Positions 57,663 through 64,000 of a DNA stretch of 64,000 bases are shown in pieces (positions within the stretch are counted from its first letter, which is position 1; each line of letters begins with the position of its first letter). The DNA lies in IMG/VR virus record IMGVR_UViG_3300044729_003978. One strand, 5' to 3'. The position numbers were made by a program, and so were the translations under genes. The notes beneath the pieces were generated by a model. That model did no database searches. It was not told the DNA's origin and saw only the letters and a list, made by a program, of their open reading frames with translations. The stretch is from an uncultured virus (IMG/VR IMGVR_UViG_3300044729_003978) (lineage: Duplodnaviria > Heunggongvirae > Uroviricota > Caudoviricetes).

Positions 57663-57934
57663 AATTTAAGTTTAATGGAAAGAATTGGACTATTAGATTT
57701 GTAAAATCTAAGGATATGCCAGGATCTTTTGGAGAATGTGATGATCACAGGTACAAGAAACCAGAGATTTGGATAAATAGGAATTTATCAGAAAAAGATA
57801 AGTTAGACACAATTATACATGAAATGCTGCACGCAACCCACCCTGAATTATCAGAAGAAAGCGTTTCTGAAACAGCTTCAGCAATTGCGAAAATTCTTTT
57901 TAGGCTAAATCTTAGATTTATCTCGAAGGACTAA
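57632..57934 (+). CDS. Small HEXXH metallopeptidase-like protein
   Basis: FGECD...IWIN..L...DTIIHEMLHA. Confidence 0.7.
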   Translation: MPPAKKEEKVKFKFNGKNWTIRFVKSKDMPGSFGECDDHRYKKPEIWINRNLSEKDKLDTIIHEMLHATHPELSEESVSETASAIAKILFRLNLRFISKD

Positions 57935-59045
57935 GCGCTGGGTTTGTTTGATTGTCTTCTGGCGTGTCTGAATTTTCTTCAACACTTACGCCCTTACATT
58001 TAGCGGCTTCTTTAGCCTTTTCTAATATAAATGCCTCAATTTGTTCTTCTGTCATTTCATAGCCAGCAGCTGAAGCTGTTTGTGATAGCCCTAGCGCCGT
58101 TATGCCAGCAGCGGTTAAAACAGCGCCAACTGTTGTTGATCCAGCCAATATTGCGGGAAGAGCAGCTAAAACAGCGGCAACAGCGGCCACTATTAGCGCG
58201 GCCCAAGCTAAGCCAGCTAAAAATGGCACAACATATTCATTGTTTTCTATTCTATGAATTCTTAGATCTTTTAGATAGTTTCTAGGATTTACGCAATTTG
58301 GATCTAATCTTGGAAGACTAAATGGTAAAACGTATGGCAGAGGTGGAATTTCTAGAACCTTAGCTCCGTTAAGAATCCATTCTACCAGTTTCTTTATAAA
58401 TTGCTTTATTTGATCTTGAGTAAGCCCCATTGCTGATAGTCCTTCACCTAGCAAGATTAGTAGCCATTCATATATGAAATTATACGCGTATTGTGCCCCA
58501 ATACCAGTGCAAGAGGCTAGTTTAGCTATTATGCTAGCCGCTAAAGAAACAGCTTCAGTTAGAGCGTTTATCAATGCGGTAATCGATGTTTCAATAGGCA
58601 TTTGAGATATCGTTAAGAATATATCCTTTAGGCCTCTGAGAGCGTCCATGCAATCTTGGGATAAAGGATTATTTGGGTTATTTGGACCGCTTTTAAATAG
58701 ATCTCTTAAGAAGAGGATTACTTTTTGTAATGCTTGAGAAGAAGAAAGACCAGATCTTTTAAACATATTCCACAAACTAATGCTTATTCTCTTCATCCAA
58801 TTTCTAAAGTTTTGATTAAGCATTAATGTCAGCGCGATGCCGCTTCCACTCAAGATAGACGCAAGATTTTGCTGTATAAATTGCCAAACGCCCTCCTCCG
58901 TCTCAGGATTCATGCTCTGCCTAATAGCATCAAACAAAGCACCTTCTTCTATCGATAGCTCATCATCCGATAACTCATCATCGGCCTTTATAAAGTAATT
59001 TGCGGCGGCTAGATTTATGTGCTTATTTAAATTAAAGCGGTCCAT
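57918..59045 (-). CDS. Helical protein with C-terminal hydrophobic hairpin, paralog of 55161-56120
   Basis: Start likely ATG 59045 (MDRFNLNKHINLAAANY); LAWAALIVAAVAAVLAALPAILAG...; MTEEQIEAFI versus MSDSEIQQLI. Confidence 0.65.
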   Translation of the reverse strand: MDRFNLNKHINLAAANYFIKADDELSDDELSIEEGALFDAIRQSMNPETEEGVWQFIQQNLASILSGSGIALTLMLNQNFRNWMKRISISLWNMFKRSGLSSSQALQKVILFLRDLFKSGPNNPNNPLSQDCMDALRGLKDIFLTISQMPIETSITALINALTEAVSLAASIIAKLASCTGIGAQYAYNFIYEWLLILLGEGLSAMGLTQDQIKQFIKKLVEWILNGAKVLEIPPLPYVLPFSLPRLDPNCVNPRNYLKDLRIHRIENNEYVVPFLAGLAWAALIVAAVAAVLAALPAILAGSTTVGAVLTAAGITALGLSQTASAAGYEMTEEQIEAFILEKAKEAAKCKGVSVEENSDTPEDNQTNPALSPSR

Positions 59046-59238
59046 CACTATTTTTATACACAAAATTATAATTATAGGATTTGGTCATAAAAAATCTGTG
59101 TTTAAAAGCGCTTAAAATTTCTATTGCCAACATCACATCATTTATATTAGCTATAGCTATAGTTTGACCATTTTGTTGCATTAATATCCTATCGCTATCT
59201 TCTTTTATCGATATTGAAGCGCTAGATATAGGTTTCAA
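59032..59238 (-). CDS. Small hypothetical protein
   Basis: 68-aa ORF coupled to the dnaE-N stop, GGAG SD. Confidence 0.5.
   Translation of the reverse strand: MKPISSASISIKEDSDRILMQQNGQTIAIANINDVMLAIEILSAFKHRFFMTKSYNYNFVYKNSDGPL
59056..59061 (-). promoter_or_regulatory. GTGTAT candidate late promoter
   Basis: 16 nt before ATG 59045. Confidence 0.6.
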
Positions 59239-61103
59239 TTTAATTCTCCAAATCTAACCTCATTAAGTTTTTTATTTATCATTTTCTCTATCTGGAAAAC
59301 CTTTTCTATAGCAGAAACTCCTAATATATCAAACTTAACGCCTCCAAGAATTTCTAAATCTGAACCTTCGATATCAATTACCATCTGACCTAACTTGCTT
59401 GAATATGTCATTGGAAAGTGCTTATATAACGGTCTATCGCCTATTATTATACCAGCAGCATGAACACTTTCGTTTTTTGGCAACTTTTCTATTTTTATAG
59501 CAAAATCAAAAGCCTCTTTGTATTGATTGTAAAACTTATTTACATCAGTAATATTATCTATATTCCATCTTATAATTCCGTATGACGGGTCTTCTTCTTG
59601 AAGTTCAATTAATTCATCTGATATCTTGCTCTCATCAACAAAAAGCTTTGTTATTTCATTCGATACATCAAAGTAATTGTTAACAGGTTTTAATATTCTA
59701 AAAGCTTCTTTTATCGCACCCTTACCTTTAAACCTAGAATGCGTGATTATATGAGCCACTTGATCTTTTCCGTATTTTTCGCGTAGGTATTTTATAACAT
59801 CGTCTCTTATGGAAGGGGGTACGTCCATATCAATGTCTGGCAAAGAAACATTACTAGCGGTGTTTCTTCCTTCGTTGTAAAATCTTTCAAAAGGAAGCTC
59901 TCTTTCTTTTGCATATGCAAGTGATGCATCTGGCACTATTGGATCAATTGACGATACACCTATTAGGTAGGAAATTAAGCAGCCTGAAGAAGAGCCGCGG
60001 CTATCTGCTGGAAAGCCCATTTGTTTAATGTGATCAACAATGTCTTTGACGATTAGAAAATATCCTGATATCTTAGCCTGCTTGAAAACACCTAACTCGT
60101 GTCTAATCCTGTCTAGGTAGATGTTTTTGAGGTTTGCGTCTGAAGAAATCTTTGGCGATATCTTTTCTAAGAAGCCCTTTCTGCAAATATCTCTAAGATA
60201 CTCGTCCTGATCCTGTATTTCATGTCCTTTAACCTTGAAATCTGGTATCATGGGGCGCTCTTCTATTGAGAAGTCCTCAACCAAATCTACAACCAATTTG
60301 GTCTTTTCGCCAGAAGGAATTGTTTTTGTAAGGTGGCAAAAGCAATACTCTTCTTCAAAAATTCTAGAATCATCTATATTTGAAGACAAAGCCTCTGAGT
60401 CGCTTGATATAAGACTGTGAATCTGATAATCTTCTTTTGATATATAGTGCACATTTACAGAGGGTATAGCTTCATAAAATTCTTGTTTTATTTTTTGGCC
60501 TAAAACCTTAATAATTGGAAGTTTTGAATAATCAAAATATAAAAATACATCGCTAAATACCTTCCTGTATTTTTCTAATACCTCATTTACTTTTTCTTTC
60601 CAGTCCTGCCTAAGAAGGCTCTCGCACTCTTCCTCGCTATTTGAGCCGTACGCCATTTCAAAATTAACAAAGCAAGAATGAAAAATTTCGCTTCTTAAGT
60701 CACCGATCATGCATATGATCCCGCTAGAGTATTGGTGAAGATCTTTGAAAAAAGTTTTTGGCGTAGTCTCTTTTTTAAACACAGACTCTGATCTAGCGTT
60801 TGAGACTATATTTACTAGATTTTTGTAGCCAACTTTGTTTTTGGCTATCAGCGTTAGCCTGCCAATAAATTTTTCGTCAGTTAAATAAACGTCCACTTCG
60901 ACGCCTATTATTGGCTTTATTCCCCTAGCCTTACACGCTTTGAAGAATGGAACAACCGCTTTTAAATTATTATGATCGGTTATTGAGCAAGCAGAGCCTC
61001 CAGTCTCTTTTATTTTTGCGACATATTCATTTACGTCAACCGTGCTGTCTAAGAGAGACCAGCATGTATGTACATGTAGTGGTGTGTAGTTCATATTATT
61101 CAA
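59235..61103 (-). CDS. dnaE: DNA polymerase III alpha, N-terminal half (PHP plus palm/thumb)
   Basis: LHVHT.WSLLD, ITDH, KPIIGVE, YFLIV.D, RGSSSG, FERF, LPDIDMD, SVHAAG, ending shortly after KFDILG. Confidence 0.93.
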   Translation of the reverse strand: MNNMNYTPLHVHTCWSLLDSTVDVNEYVAKIKETGGSACSITDHNNLKAVVPFFKACKARGIKPIIGVEVDVYLTDEKFIGRLTLIAKNKVGYKNLVNIVSNARSESVFKKETTPKTFFKDLHQYSSGIICMIGDLRSEIFHSCFVNFEMAYGSNSEEECESLLRQDWKEKVNEVLEKYRKVFSDVFLYFDYSKLPIIKVLGQKIKQEFYEAIPSVNVHYISKEDYQIHSLISSDSEALSSNIDDSRIFEEEYCFCHLTKTIPSGEKTKLVVDLVEDFSIEERPMIPDFKVKGHEIQDQDEYLRDICRKGFLEKISPKISSDANLKNIYLDRIRHELGVFKQAKISGYFLIVKDIVDHIKQMGFPADSRGSSSGCLISYLIGVSSIDPIVPDASLAYAKERELPFERFYNEGRNTASNVSLPDIDMDVPPSIRDDVIKYLREKYGKDQVAHIITHSRFKGKGAIKEAFRILKPVNNYFDVSNEITKLFVDESKISDELIELQEEDPSYGIIRWNIDNITDVNKFYNQYKEAFDFAIKIEKLPKNESVHAAGIIIGDRPLYKHFPMTYSSKLGQMVIDIEGSDLEILGGVKFDILGVSAIEKVFQIEKMINKKLNEVRFGELN

Positions 61104-62076
61104 AAACGTTTCTCCTATCGCTAGTTTTGTTTTTTAGTTCTTGCTTAGATTTCTTTAGCTTATCTATCTCTAGTATCGTCTGGTCTATACCGTTTCCAAC
61201 AACGTAAGAATGTATTGTGTCGCAAATGCTGCAGCCGGCTGCTGTTTTTGTTTTGCCAAAGTGGCAAACACTTTTACATTTCCACCTATCGCTAGCGTTG
61301 CTTTCTTTTAGTCTAGTTGGAAGCTGGTTCCATTTAATATTTTTAAATGTTTTTTCTATTATGGACAGGGTCTCTTTTCTGTCTTCGTCGGAAAAAGCAA
61401 CAGTAAAAGGTCCACCATCATTGATAAAATGAATGGTTAGAAGCCTGTTCTTGTATTGCGGAAACATTAAATAGCAGGCTAGGTCATACATTCTTAGCTG
61501 TATGTCTTTTGATTGAAGATACTCAAACTCCTTGTTCTCGCCTGTGTTCCAACATTTTCTAGATCCAGTCTTCCAGTCAACAACCTCAATAGTTTCGTTG
61601 TCAACCTGGGTTATCAAATCTATCGTCCCCCTTATCTCATAATTTCCTTTTTCAACAACACCTTTTACTATATCATAATATTCATATTTAAAAACAGGAT
61701 CTGTTAATGGTATCCTAAACTGTTTTTCTGTATGCAGAACGTTGAGATTTTTTGGATCATAAAAAGTATTTATAACTTTTTGAATTGATGAAAGACAAAA
61801 TTTTTTGTCGCCCTTTTTTAAATCCATTTCTGGATTTTCTTTTGTATATCTATTCCAACATATATCAAGAAGCTTTTCATGATCAAAAAGCAAGCCACCA
61901 TTGTGACCTAGCTTTTTTGCTTTTGCCATTAGTTCTAGCACATGATGAGTAATAGTGCCTAACAGTGCCTTTTTTCCGCTCTTTGTTGGTATCTCTAAGA
62001 TTTGCTCCATAAAAAAAGCAAACTCGCAACCTCTATAAGAGTTTATTGAAGAAGCTCTAAGAAATTTTATTTCCAT
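61096..62076 (-). CDS. PD-(D/E)XK nuclease, RecB/Cas4-like exonuclease
   Basis: LRASSI..Y.GC, GTI.H..LE, IRGTIDL, VVDWKTG, QL.MY, C-terminal Cys cluster. Confidence 0.88.
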   Translation of the reverse strand: MEIKFLRASSINSYRGCEFAFFMEQILEIPTKSGKKALLGTITHHVLELMAKAKKLGHNGGLLFDHEKLLDICWNRYTKENPEMDLKKGDKKFCLSSIQKVINTFYDPKNLNVLHTEKQFRIPLTDPVFKYEYYDIVKGVVEKGNYEIRGTIDLITQVDNETIEVVDWKTGSRKCWNTGENKEFEYLQSKDIQLRMYDLACYLMFPQYKNRLLTIHFINDGGPFTVAFSDEDRKETLSIIEKTFKNIKWNQLPTRLKESNASDRWKCKSVCHFGKTKTAAGCSICDTIHSYVVGNGIDQTILEIDKLKKSKQELKNKTSDRRNVFE

Positions 62077-62497
62077 TTTTAACCACTTTGATTTCTAAGT
62101 TTTTTTCGGATGAAACTATGTTTATTATATAATCTGATTTTTTATAAACATAATTGTTCATATCTTTTATTTTTTTTGGATTAAATCCGCCAGTAGAAAC
62201 CAAAAAAACAGAATTAGAGCTTTTTATTATTTTTTTAAACTTGTTCTTTATGGGATCTGGCCAACTATGATCATTATCTTCGTAAGGAACGACTACTTCT
62301 CTTAAGATGCCTATTTCAGAACAGACCTCGCAAAAATCCATTGATATTCCGTTTTTATATTTTCCAATACAATGAATGGTTCCTTTTGGGAATGAAGCAA
62401 GAAATTTTCTTATGGAGTTGTATATCTTAATCCTTGCTGGATTATCGCTGTCGTATATGTCAGACAGTATTGAAGATTCATTCATCGCAACTATCAT
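62057..62497 (-). CDS. YspA/SLOG-like nucleotide-binding protein
   Basis: G..M.F.E...I....VVPY.....WP...N.Y...SDYII pattern. Confidence 0.55.
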   Translation of the reverse strand: MIVAMNESSILSDIYDSDNPARIKIYNSIRKFLASFPKGTIHCIGKYKNGISMDFCEVCSEIGILREVVVPYEDNDHSWPDPIKNKFKKIIKSSNSVFLVSTGGFNPKKIKDMNNYVYKKSDYIINIVSSEKNLEIKVVKNGNKIS

Positions 62498-63131
62498 TAA
62501 TTATCTCTTTCATTATATTTTTTAGTTTTTCATTCTGTTCTTCTATGGACATATGTTGGTTGTCTATGGTGTAGCTTTTTATGGTGTCGAAATTGTAATT
62601 ATCTAAAGCTACTTCGCTCTCATGATTGTTTGATGTGACGTTTCTAGTCAATCTTATTACTGTAGGCTTATATTTTAAACAATAATCTATTTCGTTTGGA
62701 AATCTAGCGTCTGCAATAATTGCAAAATCAAGACTCTCTTTTTTGATTCTCTTTATTGTAGAGCGAACCCAGCAATCGTTGTCAAATTTTCTAAAAATAT
62801 CTGTACCCCATATTTGCATAACCTCACGAGCAGTTAAGCTATCGTCTAGCTTTGGCGCACTTGGTTTATTCATTATAATAGCCAATCTGTCTTTTGGTAA
62901 GGGTAGATCTCGCCACTTAAAATTTGTTTTGGTGTTCTTATCAAAATCAGAACCCCAACACTGCTGATTAGCAAGCCCAAATATGTTCTCGCATATGTTT
63001 TTTAATTCTCCAGCAAATGCGTATATATCGCAAGTTTTACCAAAAGAACACAGATTTTTTTTAATTAAATTCGCGGAGGTATCTTTTCCGCTTTGTGCTT
63101 TACCCGTTATGATTATTATCTTTGTATTCAT
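62478..63131 (-). CDS. Deoxynucleoside monophosphate kinase
   Basis: ITGKAQSGKDT P-loop, FAGELK, REVMQIWGTD..R, IIADARFPNE, HESE. Confidence 0.92.
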   Translation of the reverse strand: MNTKIIIITGKAQSGKDTSANLIKKNLCSFGKTCDIYAFAGELKNICENIFGLANQQCWGSDFDKNTKTNFKWRDLPLPKDRLAIIMNKPSAPKLDDSLTAREVMQIWGTDIFRKFDNDCWVRSTIKRIKKESLDFAIIADARFPNEIDYCLKYKPTVIRLTRNVTSNNHESEVALDNYNFDTIKSYTIDNQHMSIEEQNEKLKNIMKEIINDSCDE

Positions 63132-64000
63132 AGCGCCTTCTCAATACTGATAGTTGAGGTTTTATGAACATATTATAGTCTTCTGTCTTAAGATCTCCAG
63201 GATCCTTGTTGTCAGGAAGTATTAATTTTTCTACTGAAATTCTATCTTTAAAAATAGAATCAGCTTTTTCAAAGCCAGATTTACCAGCAAGGTCAGAGTC
63301 AAAAGCTAGGGCTATGCATTTAAAATTATGTTTCTTTATTTTATCAAACTGATCCTTTGACAATGAGCAACCAAAAGAAGCTACGCAATTTTTAACACCA
63401 AACTCCCAAAGTCTCCAAGCGTCAAATGGACCTTCGACTACTATAAGAAATCCTAGTCTTTCGGCCCATCTTTTTGCTTCGTGAAAATTATAAAGCTCCC
63501 CGCTCTTGTTAAGACCTTTTGGGTAGTGTCTCCATTTTGAAAAAATTGCAGTGAAATTACCCTCAGCATTTGCCCATTCTGGATGATATCCGCCAGTTCT
63601 ATCACTTTTTTCATAAACGCTTCTGCCAGTAAAACCAACCAGCTGCCCGCCCTCATTTCTTATAGGTATCATCAATCTATTGTGCTGCATTTTAACTTTG
63701 TTTTTGGGAACCCCAGACTGAAAATGAAACAAAGTCTTTTCCGAGAAACTTCTATCAGATATGCTTGAAAAGTCAGCCTCTAGATTTTCTAATATTGATT
63801 CGTCTAGTATTTTATTTGGCGGATTTGAAGTGAAGACTTTTTCTTCAGGTGTATATCCAGCGTTTATTTCTGGATTGTTGACAATCTGAAGAATCCAATC
63901 AACGCAATCATTGTAGCCAAAGTTCTTTACGGCTCTTATCAAGCCTATTATGTCGTTTCCGTATTTTTTGTGACAGCCGTGAGTGAAGCACGACCAGCAC
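63100..64000 (-). CDS. dnaG: DNA primase (DnaG-type, TOPRIM); 5' end beyond the window
   Basis: RLMIPI...VGFTGR, VVEGPFDAW, FDSDLAG, KDPGD; the frame stays open to the window edge and reads WSCFTHGC (zinc finger). Confidence 0.92.
   Translation of the reverse strand, partial: CWSCFTHGCHKKYGNDIIGLIRAVKNFGYNDCVDWILQIVNNPEINAGYTPEEKVFTSNPPNKILDESILENLEADFSSISDRSFSEKTLFHFQSGVPKNKVKMQHNRLMIPIRNEGGQLVGFTGRSVYEKSDRTGGYHPEWANAEGNFTAIFSKWRHYPKGLNKSGELYNFHEAKRWAERLGFLIVVEGPFDAWRLWEFGVKNCVASFGCSLSKDQFDKIKKHNFKCIALAFDSDLAGKSGFEKADSIFKDRISVEKLILPDNKDPGDLKTEDYNMFIKPQLSVLRRRYEYKDNNHNG

Noticed and set aside
52088..61103. Split intein in dnaE
   Set aside because: Neither half carries intein terminal motifs, and the breakpoint differs from the cyanobacterial split-intein site.
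61096..62076. Cas4-like nuclease as part of a CRISPR system
   Set aside because: No repeat-spacer array or other cas genes seen; the context is replication/recombination.
1645..64000. Stop-codon reassignment
   Set aside because: The standard code gives dense, full-length genes, and TAA, TGA and TAG all terminate genes at sensible positions (e.g. TAG at 40848 and 43487).

Overview
The window is part of a large tailed dsDNA phage genome, most likely a long-tailed siphovirus (2579-aa tape measure, no tail sheath recognisable). It is AT-rich (roughly 35% GC by eye) except for a sharply delimited GC-rich first ~1.55 kb. The + strand (8.1-44.8 kb) carries a sigma-like factor, packaging genes (TerS candidate, HNH, ERCC4 nuclease, TerL), portal, prohead protease/scaffold, capsid, neck, tail and tail-tip genes. 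The - strand (44.8-64 kb) carries a replication/modification module: primase, dNMP kinase, PD-(D/E)XK nuclease, a DnaE split into two intein-free genes, a DnaQ-like exonuclease, SSB, four glycosyltransferases, an annealing protein and a Whirly-like protein. Dockerin-like and GACC cysteine modules hint at a Planctomycetota (Phycisphaerae-like) host (inference). Three things stand out. (1) At least seven to ten otherwise unrelated accessory proteins scattered over 55 kb share an N-terminal leader ([KN]-[ILS]-[IL]-x-K-L followed by a small-residue/Ala site). It looks like a capsid-targeting sequence for packaged cargo, which includes two SleB-like cell-wall hydrolases and two translocon-like membrane proteins. 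(2) A GTGTAT motif sits at conserved distances upstream of about 18 late or cargo starts and is a candidate late promoter for the phage sigma factor. (3) Bases 1-950 are non-coding and packed with GNRA/UNCG-capped hairpins that read correctly only on the - strand, suggesting a large structured ncRNA. All protein calls come from motif recognition by eye; no database searches were run.
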